A stretch of 64,000 nt of DNA. Source: Podarcis gaigeae (Eukaryota). This document shows, piece by piece, positions 24,816 through 38,799 of the stretch. The notes under the pieces are model-generated. The model was not told where the DNA came from and did no database searches. It saw nothing but the letters and a program-made list of their open reading frames with translations. Position 1 is the first letter of the stretch; the number at the start of each line of letters is the position of its first letter. The stretch is from assembly GCA_964106915.2 (NCBI GenBank), contig OZ066919.1, one strand, 5' to 3'. The position numbers and the translations under genes are program-made.

Positions 24816-26326
24816 GCGAGCGTACATGGGGCAGAACCAGACATAGGAAATCTGGTCAATTGGTAGTCTCTTTCCAAGCAATTCAACTTCCTCTTCATCT
24901 TTAAGCCTTTTCATGGTAACAAGGGCTACAATTACAGTACAAAATGGTTTAATGGAAATATACCTTCAACCTAGCAGGAAAAAATTATATCCCTATAATA
25001 CAACACTGCAAATAGGACAGTTCTGCAGTGTTCATACAAGCCCTTATACCTACATACTCACTAAGTACACTGATGGCTCCCAGCAGGTATAGATTTACTG
25101 CCTAGCGTTCATTCCCCCTTAGTAATAATATCAATTTGGCTGTTAGTTTTTGTTTTGACTTGGTCTTTAGGAACCAGCAGGGCAGTAAAGCTATTTAAAT
25201 GGAAATCCCATTCAAATGTACAGTTCTCTGACTGGACAATGAGCAGCTCCTGATCCTTAATGTTTCTTATATAATAGTTGGCTCCTTTGTCCAGATTAAA
25301 TGTTGAGATGTGATTTACATTTAGCACTCATATGCCATACTTGCAACATTTAAGAATAGAAAATAAAAATGAAGTTTTGTTAAATGTGATAGTTTTTTTA
25401 CAGTGAAAAGAACAAAGTATTGCTGCAATTTTGAGTTGCAGTCCTTTCTTGCTGCCTTAGTAATATTCTATCTGCCAAGAGAAAACCATAATCATTAAAT
25501 AAAATTTATGGGCATGAATGTGAAAAGCATAGGATGGGATCCATGCACTAAGCACGAAGCAGGGTGGACTTTTTGAAAACAGTTGGGTTAAGGTAATTCA
25601 TGACTACTTAAATCCACTGATTTCCATGCAAGCATATCATAATTGGGTATCACCAATCACATTTCACTAGCTTCATAAACTGTGGGCAGAGCTATTGGTT
25701 TCACAGGGGGCTACCACCAAAACGGTATCCAATCTCATGCATAGATTTCATGTTGAGTGTGCTCCCCACTCTGTAACATGTCAATGATCACCACACAGCA
25801 TGATGTTGCAAGATAGCCTCTTCCTGTGGTGACACAGCACTCCAAACAAATATGCTGTTTACAGGGGATTCTCAATATCGCATGGTTCCATATTGAAAGA
25901 TTCTATTGGGAACAAAATGGTGCGATATTTTGCATTCTTTTTTAAAAAAGAAAAAATGCAAGTACTACAAAATATTTAATATGATATTGGTGCTGTAATA
26001 ATGAAAATATTAATGAAAGCAAGTTGGAATGATGGTAAATGCCCTGTGGACATGGGATGTTGCTGGAGTGGGGTGTTGCTGTACATACAGGGGCTGATAG
26101 AAAGAAGTCATTGGGTTGTATTCAACATAGCCCTAATGTAAACATACTGTCAGACAAGGATTTTTCCTTGTGAGAAAGAATTTTCTCGTCTCCCCCACCC
26201 CCGCTACATGCCCCCTAAATCTATTCCAGTGGTTCTTTCAACTCTCCATAGCAGTTTTGGGGACAGCTCAGTGTGCACATGGGGGGAAGAGAGGAGGGAA
26301 ATCCACTTGTGCTAGTGCCAATCCTT

Positions 26327-26433
26327 GTTGTTGTTATTTAGTTGTTTAGTCGTGTCTGACTCTTCATGGCCCCATGGACCAGAGCACGCCAGGCACTCCT
26401 GTCTTCCACTGCCTCCCGCAGTTTGGTCAAAAA
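26327..26433 (-). mobile_element. RTE-BovB LINE 3' end nested in a palindromic DNA element
   Basis: (caa)n tail plus gtcgtgtctgactcttc...ccatggaccagagcacgccaggc; 11-bp TSD tgccaatcctt. Confidence 0.88.
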
Positions 26434-26826
26434 TGCCAATCCTTACCCTAGCACAAAAAAGTTTGTTAATACCACCATGTATGCATCAGATACCTTCGTA
26501 CTGAAAAGCAGCCATATTTTTGTCCAAATGTGTTATGTTTATACTTTATCAGCTTATGCTTCTGAGATCTAGAGCAGCTCATCAACCAAAAATGGTGTCA
26601 TTTAGCATTACATACAAATGAGTGGCTTCAGTTTAATTCTCTCAAAAAATATGATCACAGTGACTAGGATCTTGAGCTTCTCTCCAACGATGAGAGCATA
26701 TGGTGAACAGAATTCTACTGATGGAATGTTCCTACTGTCAGAGTGTTTGTGTGTGTGTATAATTACTTTTAACTGCTCCCCTCTCTGTCCTGGCTCCCAT
26801 TCCAAACCAACAACAGGTGCACTTAC

Positions 26827-26945
26827 CAGAAGGGAAAGCAGCAAACCTATAGCAGTCTATTGGTACAAACCCAGCAGCTGGGCAAGAGCAAATTCTAGTT
26901 TCAGCCATTCTTACAAGGCAAAGGAGTAGCAACAATAAGTCTGGT
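26827..26945 (-). other. Exon candidate, 119 nt (one open frame containing MAETRICSCPAAGFVPIDCYRFAAFPS), coding status unknown
   Basis: Acceptor ctcttgctctcag| and strong donor CTG|gtaagt. Confidence 0.35.
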
Positions 26946-28688
26946 CTGAGAGCAAGAGCCAATGTTCAGGAGCCCGGATTAGTAGCAAAGGTTCCAAAAG
27001 TTCCAAGACTGTATAGAAGCTGCAACATTGTTCCAATGAGCTTCCCTGCCTACCCACCGAGCTTTTTAAACACAGTTTCCCACCAGGATGTTTCATTGGA
27101 TTGCAAGCCCTTCCTTTCATTGAAGGGTGATCAAGATCCAAGCCAACATATTTTTCATGTTGGAATGCCCCAAGTGTCAAGTCTCCTCAAAGATTGAAAT
27201 CAGCAGTAGCAGCAGCAGTTGCAAATGACCAGACATTCCCAGCAGTACCAGGACTGGAAGTAGGCAGTCTGGACACTAGTCAAGTTCCCAAGGCACCATT
27301 CCTGAGGCACATGAATGTGCTAAATAAATGTATAAATAAAACATAGAAATGTCATAAGACTACATTGTGATGACTATACAGGATGCCCTTTCTACAGTAA
27401 GAACTACAGTAAAAAGAACAGATGGTTCTATGTAATACAGTGAGAAAAATTATTGAGTGTTGTGGGACCAATCTGCAAGTGGCCAGTGTGAATCAGGGAC
27501 ACTGCGTCTGGATCCCTGACTGCTTTGTAAATGTTATGTTCAGCCACATTTGTAGTGATCGACATTTTAGCAATAACAGAGATGGATCCATTTTTCAGAC
27601 CTTGCTTCCCAATTAAGTGGCACAGCAAAGCAATGCCACCGGGAACTGGTGAGTGATGTAGCTAACAAATTGTCTGAAGCAGGTTCCTCATGAAAATACG
27701 GCATCTTAGTGCTAACGCTTCTGCTCACTTTGTGACTCTAGGTGCAAACTGGTACCCACAAAGCTAAGGATTTAACTCTCCTTAGCCTCTTTGGATTGGG
27801 TCCCACAAAGCAGCACTCATATTAATTGCTGAAGCTGCTTGGAAATAAGGGTGGCCCCGCAGTCTAATAAGTGGTTTTTGTGAGTCCTTTGAAGAAGCAG
27901 CCTCACTAGAAGGCTCTTCAAAATCAATAGGCTCTCATAGTAATTTTCTGTAGCAATAGGACATCACATGATAAATGATTCCCTTCAGTGGAACAGATGA
28001 CTCTCTTACAGCTACGTCCAATTTATCATTTGATATTTCCTAGAGGACTGATCAGAAAACAACACATCAATGTTGGAGAGCTGCTTGGCTGTACTAACCC
28101 TTCTATGCACTTTCCCTCTTAGGGCGGGCAAAAGTTAAAGGTTTATCTTCATGGGTGTTTCCCGTTTTCTCATTTGGGACCCCTGGAGGTGGCAGCAGCT
28201 GAAGAAACTACAACAGCATCTGGAATTATTACTTCTGGCCACAGGTTTTAGAAATCCCTTTGTGAAACAACTTAGGCAGCCAAATCGTATTTCAAGTTGA
28301 AGCCCCCATTTAGCTACCATTTTAGTTATTCTGAAGTTTTCTTTTAAGGGTTTTTCAACACAAATGACGGCAGCGCTAGAGAAGCTCTGTGAACCTGCTT
28401 CAAAAGCCCATGTATGATGACTTCACATAAGGGAGATAGTGGGGATGAGCCTATTGGCTCCACCCCTCAATTGCATCCCCACAGCTTGCTTCCCTCCATC
28501 TCCCATGTGCCAGGAAGGCGAAGCTCTTCTTGTGGAGCCTTGCTGCATGAATTAGAACCCTGTTGCTTTAGCATTACTCAGAGTAGAGCAGGCTCCCTGC
28601 TGAACCTCAGTTCTCCAGCTTGCAGAGGGCAACAGGACCAGTCACAGAGGAGTAGAGCTAACATGACCACCTAAGTATTATTCTAGCT

Positions 28689-28941
28689 CAGGGGTAGGCA
28701 ACCTAAGGCCCAGGGGCCAGATCCGGCCCAATCGCCTTCTAAATCCAGCCCGCGGACGGTCCGGGAATCAGCGTGTTTTTACATGAGTAGAATGTGTACT
28801 TTTATTTAAAATGCATCTCTGGGTTATTTGTGGGGCATAGGAATTCGTTCATCCCCCCCCCCAAAAAAAAATAGTCCAGCCCACCACACAGTCTGAGGGA
28901 CAGTAGACTGGTCCACGGTTGAAAAAGGTTGCTGACCCCTG
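28689..28941. mobile_element. hAT MITE
   Basis: TIRs caggggtaggcaacct / aggttgctgacccctg; perfect 8-bp TSD ttctagct. Confidence 0.92.
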
Positions 28942-29360
28942 TTCTAGCTGGAAGGAGTGAGGGTAGCGTAAGTAGTATATCATTTCCTGAACCCTGCATC
29001 AACACTATTCCAGGGATGGGGAACCTATGTTGTTGTTGGACTTCAACTCCCATCATCTCTGAGCAATTGCCATGCTGGCTGGGAATGATGGGAGTTGCAG
29101 TCTAACATCACTGGGTGGGGACCTCACAAGTACCCCATTCCTGATCTATACATATGAATGTATGTATATGTATGAACGTGGTATGGATTCATTCACACGA
29201 ACAGCAAAGCAAGTGGTAAATTGAGCCTCCAGTTCCCACTGTTTGGCAGTTGTGGAGTATCTGCAAAACTCACTAAAAATGTATGAACTCCACGTTCGTT
29301 ATAAGTAGCATACAATTCACTTTATGTATCCTAGAATCCAAAATAATTAAATGTCTCACA

Positions 29361-29448
29361 CTGCAATCCTATGCATGCCTACTTAGAAGTATGTTCCATT
29401 GTATTCAGCAGGTGTTCTCCCCAAGTGAGTGAGTTTAGGGTTGCAGCC
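29361..29448. repeat. About 90-bp imperfect-hairpin interspersed repeat
   Basis: ctgcaatcctatgcatgcctactt...aagtgagtgagtttagggttgcag; related copies at about 1191-1280, 12520-12607 and 21547-21772. Confidence 0.6.
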
Positions 29449-29973
29449 ACATTTTCCTTCAAGACCCTTCTTGTTTCTTTCTTCATGGGTAGGATACAAG
29501 ATACTAAAATATTCACAAATAGGGAAAATAGAAATTCCCCACCCTGCTTCCACTCTGAGATGATGATACAAATAAAGAATTTTTTCAGGGTTGTGGGTTT
29601 TTTTAGGTGTACTTCTTGAAAGCTGAAGTCAAGAGACTTGTTTCTGAGCTGTTTTCACACTTTACATTTTTAGTGAGTTTTGCAGATACTCCACAACTGC
29701 CAAACAGTGGGAACTGGAGACTAAATTTACCACTTGTTTTGCTGTTCATGTGAATGAATCCATAGCCAAAGCAAGTCATTTCAAATGCCATTTTCTTTCT
29801 GAGATATAAATAAGTAGAGAAAATAACGTACTTTCACTATATGTGTACCTTTTCCAGGAAAGGTTCAAGTTCAATTCTTGTTTGTTTGTTTGTTTGTTTG
29901 TTCCATTTCTATCCTACCCATCCTCTCAAAGGAGTCCAGGCAGCCAACATCAAAGTGGAAAAACAATACAACT

Positions 29974-30264
29974 ACATACTACACAATTTCTGAAAACCCC
30001 AAACTGTGGTGTTCATCTTCCACGATGGGCTCCTGAGCAAGTCACGTGACTCATGCCTTGCTTTTGCCAGGAAAAACACTTTTTTGAAGCGAGAACTTGC
30101 ATGGACCCTAAACAGGCATTTTTGGGGGCACCGCGCAACAATGAGGCCCCACAAAAAGCACTTTTTCCAGAGTGAGAGTGTGCGAGATTGTGGTACCCAA
30201 AATGGCCGCTGCGATATTGGAGGGGGGAAGGATGTCCCCTTTTCCAGGGCACTTGATGGGTATG
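29974..30264. mobile_element. Degenerate non-autonomous DNA transposon (catac...gtatg termini)
   Basis: Terminal catac / gtcccc...gatgggtatg; GC- and CpG-richer than the flanks. Confidence 0.45.
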
Positions 30265-30964
30265 CCATCAAAAAGAAAGAAGAACATACTTAAAACATTT
30301 CAAAACAGTTAAAAGCATCCAAAAACAAGCAAAATAGTCACAAACTCTCATGACTAATAACTTCAAGGTTGCCAGGAACAGTGTACTTGGGTCATCAAAT
30401 GCACAAATGTTTTAAAGTCCTCCTAGGAAGTTCATTAAGTGGAAGACAGATGCACTTCACTAGGAAGGCCATTCCCTAAACAGGGAAACCATGACATCAA
30501 GGCCCAATCACATGCCTTTGCCAACTGGTTGTATCCAGCAGCAGCGGCAACACCAACACTACCAATAAGGCTTCCTGTTATTAAACCCTCCCTACATGGG
30601 CAGACCTTGGTAATGTGCCATCCTGGGCGATTCCACTTATTATTCCACTTATTATATGGGGAAACGTGATCAGAAGGTACATTTGCCAAACATACAGTAC
30701 ATGTTGGGATTTTGCTACGTGCTTTGATCCAGCTTTTTCACAGAACAATTAGTGAGTTGGCCGAAGGCCAGGAAGATTGAGCAGAGGGAGTTTTCTGCCT
30801 GGTGAAATGGGAACCTTGGATACAGGTCTGCTATTGGTCGAGGTCACCCATATAGACATAATGACACATGACCTCTCTGTTGGTTGGTCTGTTTGTAGGA
30901 AAGTCTTGGAGTTAGCTGAAGTTTGTTCAGAGAGAGAGTTACTCAGAAGGCTGGTGGGAATGGG

Positions 30965-31115
30965 TGAGTAATACCCCTCCCCACCTTCTCACTATATAGA
31001 AGGGTCTGGAAACTTCTGTTTCAGTGTATCTGAAGAAGTGTGCATGCACACGAAAGCTCATACCAAGAACTGACTTAGTTGGTCTTTAAGGTGCTACTGG
31101 AAGGAATTTTTTTTG
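30965..31115 (+). mobile_element. Penelope-like element terminal (pLTR) fragment
   Basis: ctatata...ctgaagaag...cgaaagctcat...ttagttggtctttaaggtgctactgga, the typical reptile Penelope-like end carrying a hammerhead motif. Confidence 0.75.
31026..31063 (+). ncRNA. Minimal type I hammerhead ribozyme motif
   Basis: Stem I gtat/atac; core CTGAAGA (31030-31036); palindromic stem II gtgtgca/tgcacac; GAAA (31052-31055); AGCT palindrome in place of stem III; predicted cleavage after the UC at 31059. Confidence 0.8.
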
Positions 31116-32420
31116 TTGCTGCTAGGACTGTACCATACACCGTACTTTATCAAAAAAAACCACACACACACACACATATTAAATCAAGATTTATTACATG
31201 AATCTCTTTATTTTAGCTCCCGCTGAGACACCTGATCAGGTACATGGAATTTAAAAGGGAAATAAATGTTGCAGAGAAAATCAATTCTCCAGTATCTAAA
31301 ATTTCTGCATGTCAGATTCTCGTTGGTGACAGTCAATCATCCACAAGAAGATATATTACTGTGACTGGGAGAAAGGATAGGGGCCAAGAAATGTTTGAAG
31401 GGTTTTAGCCAATTATTCTAAGAAAATGTAACTATGATCTTTTTCTTCCTACCCCTAGCAAAACTGTAAAAGAAAATGCGCAAGCTGAATTTATTAAATG
31501 TATAGATCACCTCTCTGCCCCAAAGCACTCAAGATTGCTATTATATTTTAACCCAAACAACACAATTAAAACAACATTAAAACCCTTAAAGCAATATCTT
31601 ATTGGGGAAACGTTGTAACGCAGACTATAGCTCCGAAGCAAAACATATTTTTTGCACATAGAAAGTCCCAAGTCCTATCAAGATTCCTATCTGGAAATCT
31701 GTTCCCTGTTAGTAAAGGCAGTTTTGAACTACATGGCCTGACTAGTAGAAGCACAATATGTCCTTAACTTTTTATTAAAATGCCTACACAACATTCTCAA
31801 ATGAACCTTTTTAAGCAGAGTTAGGTTGACAGCCCAAAGAGCTTGTTAAATAATTGAGCAAACTATGCAAGCATTGGTTTATTATTTCTATATAGGCCTG
31901 GCCTAGGCAGAGTGAGGTTGGTGCTCCAGGCAGCAATTATTTAATTAATTAATTTTAATTTATTTATTTATTTAATATTTTTACTGCCAGGGAGGCACCT
32001 GTGGGATTTTCCATCTCAGACTTTTTGCATCTTTACATGGGGGACTGAAACACTGTTTGCGGCTTCACCTCGGGCAAAAAAGGAAATGTCTTGCCTTCTG
32101 TAAGAATTATGAAAGTTCCATCATAGGGACAGTTTACTTTGCCTCCTCCCACAGTCAAGTGTGAGTGGATGATTAGTCAGACCATATTTGAACTAGAAAA
32201 TATTTCAGATGCCATCTGGATCTGTCCTGTGGGCTGAAGCAGATGTCAAGCTTACATGGTTACATACTAGATTTACCCATAAAGTTTGATTAAGTGCAGA
32301 TCAGGTGCTCTCTATGAGCTGATGCCTTAAGACAACATTTTATAGGATTGGGGACTGGGGCAATACTCTTCAAATGGTAGGACGGGCATTCATCATTCAT
32401 GCCAGAAAAATGGCCCAAAC

Positions 32421-32500
32421 CTTCTCCTTCCTTTGGTTCCTTGGTTCCTGAATGCCCCACATATGCTGCATTGATCTTTGCCTGCGCTGTGAAGACAACC
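32421..32500 (-). other. Weak exon candidate, 80 nt, open in all three frames
   Basis: Acceptor gtatttttgtag| and donor AAG|gtttgg. Confidence 0.25.
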
Positions 32501-35500
32501 CTACAAAAATACAGCTTGTTCCTCAGCCAAGCAGTCAGAGGCAACCCTGAGGAATCTGATCTGCATGAAATTTGATATAAACTGCCTGATCCACACCATC
32601 ACAGATTAATGTGCAAATTGAAACATGGTTTTTGTTTGGATGTCACAGTTCTCTGAAATTTGTGGTGCAGTTTTGAGCTCATTTTTTTAAAAATGAAGTG
32701 CAGTTGAAATTGTGCACCTTAGGAAAAGTATGTTTAGAAATGTCTGTTTTGAGCATAAAAATACGTTTAGAAATGTGCATCAAAGTGAGAATATGCTTTC
32801 AAAAAATGTTGTTTAAAAATGAATTTAAATATCAATTTTTATTTAAAAATCCAGATTATACAGAAGTGGGACAACACATATTTATGAATGGGCACAAACA
32901 AAAGTGATACAGACCCCAAATACACCAATGCATCCATCCCTGGCAGAGATGCGAACATTTACTGCTGCTCTCTAGCAATAATGGTAAGAAATGGTGTTTG
33001 TTTATTATTATAAACAAACAGCCAGCATAGGTAAAAAATGGTAAATAAAGCAAAAGGATGCAGCCAAGTACTAGTATTTCTGCTGCGACAGCTTCTGTGC
33101 AATCAAGTTATATTCACTTAGAAAACAGTCCACAACTAGAAGATCTTACAGAGAAACAGTCTGAGGACTGTACCATTTCATACAGATCAAAGCGTTTTTC
33201 TATGTAAAACAAATCCCCCCCCCAAAAAAAACCCCAACACACAGTTGTCAAGAGAAATAGGGTGTTGCAGTGAGACAGGGAACGCAAGCCAATTCAGTGG
33301 GGCAGTCTTGCAGAACTGCCTTTCCATTCAGGTGAGACATATCTAGATACAAGCCTGTAACTGTGGTCACCAGTTGCTGTTAGCAACTACTGTGTTATTT
33401 TCCTAGTCTTTTCCCAGAAATCCTTTCTGATGGTAAAAGGTGCTGCCAGCTGTTAAGGAGTGGGATACTACAGCATGCAGCTGTAGTAATACCCTAACAA
33501 ATAGCAAGCTTTGCCTTGATGAAAAACTTCGTTTTACAAAGAGCAGGAAGGGCACTCTTGAGATTATTCCTTGCAGATTGTGACAGCATTTATCCCATCA
33601 TTAAAGAGATATATTGAATCTTCATTTTCCTTTCAGCTGGATAATCTTTATAACAAATTATACACTTTTTATTACCACTAAACACAGGAAGACTTTTAAA
33701 AGCTGAGCTATCCGCTATGACTGCACTAATTCTCTACACCTGGCGTTTGGAAATTAAAATACTTCATAGGCCTGCAAGTGTATCTGTGGTGTTATGAAGG
33801 TGGAATTAACTCTAGATTAAATAGGCTTCTTTCCAGAATGCTATATAAATATATTCAAACCCAATTAGTCTTATTAAGACAGGGCAGGGATTAAAGGATC
33901 CCCTTTCTGTGCATAAGTTGATTCAGAAAGTACTATATAGATTCACAGGAAAACTAAGGCTAACAAATATGCAAAACCACTATGTTCACATCCCTCTGTT
34001 AAGTGTGTTAATCTGAAGGTGATCTGCAGGAACCAGTAGTCTATGTGTCCTTCCCTGCCCTAGACTAAACAAACTGATCTATAATTATGTTGAATCATCT
34101 ATAGGGGGAGAGAGAGAAGTAGCTTGCAGGCATTGTATCTCATACAGTATTTGTAACATGCTTAACAGTCCTTCAAAATCTGCTCTTATAATAACCCTTT
34201 GAGGTGGCTTGCTAATATTCACATACATGCAGCATTTTCAGATATTTATTTTATTAAGATATGTCCCTTACAAAAATGTGTGGTACTCCATTTTCTGCAG
34301 GTAGCTTTGATGTTAAAACCAAATTATCCACATTGATGAAGGCCTTGCAAAGCTAAATACATTTTTAATTTAAAAAGGAAACAAAGAATTGAACTTTATG
34401 ACTACTAGATTTTACATTTTCAATAATGGGGAAACATCTATTTTTTATTGTTGTTGTTTTACTATGGAGTAGCTTTAATGCCTTAGGAACCAGCTGACCA
34501 GAACAACCATTAGGTCATCACTGAAAGGAAACAAAGGAGCCATCTTACCACCTACCTTAAGAGTCACACATTTGCCTGAAACACCAGCAACAAAATCAGA
34601 ACCCCCGATTTCAAGATTCCAGCCTAGAATATGACCTGTTTAATAAAAGCCTCCATTCCTTATCAAGGGAACAGAGCTTATGGTAGTCACCAGGATCTGT
34701 GCCACCATATAAAACTCCTCTCTACCTCTATCTGTCTTGCCTCACTAGTTGGACATCCATGTCCTCTAGCTCAAACCTCTGGCTGCAAAACACTGAGCTG
34801 CCTCTGAGTACTTCCACCTGAGCAGGTTCCTGAGGGTTCCACCTTGCTCTGCCCAAGACAGGACATTTTCTGAAGCTATATAATGATGCCTTCCCTGCCA
34901 AGCTGTTAAATCAAATGAGCACAAAGCAGGCGCCATACCTTGTCTTCTCCAACACTATTTGAAGACAGGACCTACTCTAAAATGGGGCAAATTCATTTTA
35001 ACAAATGAAACCAGTATGGAGTTCCACAGGGAGGATGTGCATATTAACAGTGAGAAACTGGCTGCTCTATCTTCACCTCCTCTAATTCTGTATTATGAGA
35101 ATAATAAAACTGTTTGTATTGCAAATGCAGCTTCCTAGTCTTTTGTGCAAGGCCAGGGTGATTTAGTCTGATTCATATTTGATTCTCATCGCTGTGCATT
35201 GCATTTAATGGATTGTTTGCTTTAATGTTTTGTTAAAAAATTGTGCTGGGTGAAAGTTCTCATCTACCAGCTACCATCCCCATTAGTCCTTCTCGCTGTT
35301 AGAAGCAGACAATCAGGGAAGCTATTTTCCAAGAACTTTAATTTTTTTCCCCTTTTGTGTCCACGAGCTTATCTTATATTAACAAAAATTCTATGGCTTT
35401 CTTATCTGGACTCTGTCGATCCAGTGTATTCATAGGAGTAGTGCATTTCTCATCTGCTCAAACCTATCACAACTCAGTTCTACATCATTAGCTTGCTGCG

Positions 35501-38500
35501 TTGCGACACAACACAATTTTTATTCTTTAATATTCATACATAAGGTTGTAAAGCCATTGTTCTCCAATTTCTAAGCATTAATAGCCACAGATCTACAGTT
35601 GTATTTTCTTCAGAAGATGATTTATTTTTATAAGTAATTAACTTGAATTATAGCTTTCAGCAATACGGTATAGTTTCACATTCATTTACTAGTTTTACTT
35701 TGACTCTTTAAGCCTAACTTTCCTTGATTAGGAAAACTTCAGGGCCCATATTGTGGCTACATTTAGTCGCAAAAGTCAGTGGTATGTTTGCTCTTGGTCA
35801 AATTCATATACTCACTACTTGAGAAAATGTCAAAATATGCATAGGTACTGGTAGTGCAGGCAGAATGGGTTTGCTACATGCCCAGACAGGGACAGGAAGG
35901 TCCTGCTAAACCTAGAGTCAGGCCTACACCCATGTCTGTTTCACCATCTAGCCTGCTTCCTAGCTCAGCATATCCAAGGCTGACCCAAGGTCGGTCAGTG
36001 AGCTTCATGGCTGACTGGGGATTTCAGCCCAGCACCCACTGCAATATTATAATCACCATACCACACCACACTGGTTCTCATCCCACTGTACAATTTGCCT
36101 CCCCTCCTCTCCCCATGTAGACACTTCTGTTGACTCTATCCAGAGACAATAGTCACCTCATCTGAGTTCAACACTCCATCAGAAGGATGGAAAAGAAGTA
36201 GGAATGAGAGAAGCTCAAAAGCATGAGAGAGAAAGAGAAATCAATAAGAGGGGCTGTCAGAAATAAAACGAGAACCACAAAATGCTATTAAGTGGTACTT
36301 CTTCATTTATTGGGGTTTCTTTCCTATTGTTAAATATCCATATTTGGGATGCTGTTTCTGGAGGAGCAGGACAGGAAACATTTGGTCCTGAATTCAAAAT
36401 TAGCAAGGGAGGGTATTTAGTAGTTTCTAATAAGCTGTCATATGTTTTCTGCTCTAATTATCCAGATACTAGTCCATGTCCCATATTATCCTGGTGGTAT
36501 GGTTACATCAAGGAACCCCAACTGTATAGTAATATTCAATTCTCAACAGGATTATAGGGGGAAGAAAATGAAAATTGCTCACACAAACACACAAAATCAT
36601 TGTTTAAATCAGCCGAAAGTGAGCACCACTCAACATAAGCTATTAACTTCACAGAAAGGTGCCCATGCAATTTGGGTTGTCAGCTGCAATCACAGCAACA
36701 GGATAACATGCCAGGCAGTTCTGAGTTCTTAATATGGGGTGCAGTTTATTGCTAGAGAATCAGCAAAAAGCAGAATCTACACTGGAACCCCAAGGGCTAA
36801 CATAGAAAGCAGATGCTATAAAACTTGTCTCAGCCACAGGGTCAACAATGATGAATACTAGTTTTTGGCAGAACATAAAAACAAATTGTATTGCCATCTT
36901 CTTTGTTGATAAAGGAAACCAATGTTATATCTGATGATGAATATTTACCTTTATAATAAGGCTTTCATATTGCATTGTTATATGTTCAAAGCCACATTTA
37001 CTGACTTTCTGGGTTCACTTTCAGGACTGCCTAAAAGCATTACAGAATTTTATGGGGGTTTTTTATTGTGAATATAGTCCCAAATGTCTCTAGGTTACCT
37101 GAGGTCATGAAAGGCAGGTAAAGATCCCTTTCAGGACACAAGTTCCATCTTCAGTGCAACTCAGCCTCTTAGAAGGTTACTACCAAAAATAAGGGCTCCC
37201 AATCTTCATGCTCAAAGGCATAAATTAAATGGATCACCAGCTAAGGTTAGAAGAAATATTTCTCGCTGGTTTAGTTTTATGCTTCAATCTGAACGATGAA
37301 TTCTTAAAGCAAATGTTAGCCCTGATGTTTCTTTTTCTGTTTATAAAGTTTATTAATTTTACAAGTGGATACCTAACAGACACACAGTGCAAAACTATTA
37401 TTGTCCATGGACTGTTTTATGACAATGAGTGGTCCCATGAAAACATCCGGCCATTTTGTTTCAGAAGCCAATAATGAGTTGCCTTTTGAAACAAACAAAG
37501 GAATCCCTTGGGCTTCCAATGCAGCTCCAGATATTAATGTCATTTCAGAATTTGGCCTCACTCACCCCTGCATGTGATAAAGCTGTGTGCAGCCCACAGG
37601 TTCTGTGTTGAAGTGCTCTTGCAGCCCACTTGGTATGAAAAGTTGTGCCAGAGCATACTTCAAATGGGAAAGTGTTCCACAACTAGGGCACAAGTGAGAA
37701 GGCAGTGGACAATTTGAAGGCAACTTTCAGCAGCTTGTTATGAACATAAGTCACAATTCCGCATGACAAAGGTCAACTCAAGGGCCAAATAGGGCTGCCC
37801 TAGAATATCTGAGCACAGAGGGGGTTCATTTATTGCAGGGGGTTGTTCTTGATTACTTTTGAATTCACTTAGTGTTAGCATTTGCCCAGTTTCTATTTTA
37901 AATTGCATGATCCATAAGGTCAACAGTTGATTGTATTTTTGTCCTTCAATACTTCTTAACAAGTTGGAAGAGTTTAATAGAAATTAAATAATTCATATCC
38001 CATGTATGCATGGCTCTTCTGATAATGCTATTTCCAGGGTTATATATAACACAACCTAACCCACAATAGCGGAGGCCCATTTGTATCCTTTGCACATGAA
38101 TGTGCTTACATGTGAGCAACACTGACCTCACCTGCCTTCCTAATGTAAATTTAGGATTTGTCTTCTATGGAGTGTACATCGGGCACATATATTTTAACTG
38201 ACTTGTTGACTGATGGACATGTGGACATTTCATGATTCCTGCTATTTGCTGATTATATGGCAGGCAAATGGGACCTGCAACAAAATGTTATAGAGTGGAG
38301 AGCTCCTGTTCAGAGTACCAGTCAGTCAGCCATGTCCTTTTCTGGGATACTCCAGTTGCATCCTGACTCCACCTCAGTCACCATTCTGTGGCCATCAAGC
38401 ACTCTCAGTCTTCATTTAGCTGCTTTTGATTCTGCCTCCCTCCTGATTTTTTTTTCTCATGAAGATTTTTTGTACATCTGCAAACTTTTGGGCTTTCAGA

Positions 38501-38799
38501 ACCTGCTGATACTTCTCTCTTGTGCCTGGATGGTGTTGTTTTGGCTACATAAGAATCCACATTTGGATAATGGGTTTGCTATTAGGCAGGGATAGCCAAC
38601 ATGGTGCCCTCCATCATCCCTGGCTGTTGGTCATGCTGAAAGAAGCTTAAGTATGTTATAGTCCAACAACATCTGGAAGGCAACATATTGGCTACCTCCG
38701 GTATAGTGTAATCAGTTTCCATTTCAGATACCAGTATATTACTTTAGGGACAGTTTTGACCATATAAAAGTACTCCCACTCTCTGCTTTCTGCTACTTA

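Noticed and set aside
36843-36940. C/D snoRNA-like ATGATGA...CTGA
   Set aside because: Weak terminal stem, antisense to the host exons, and no recognisable guide sequence.
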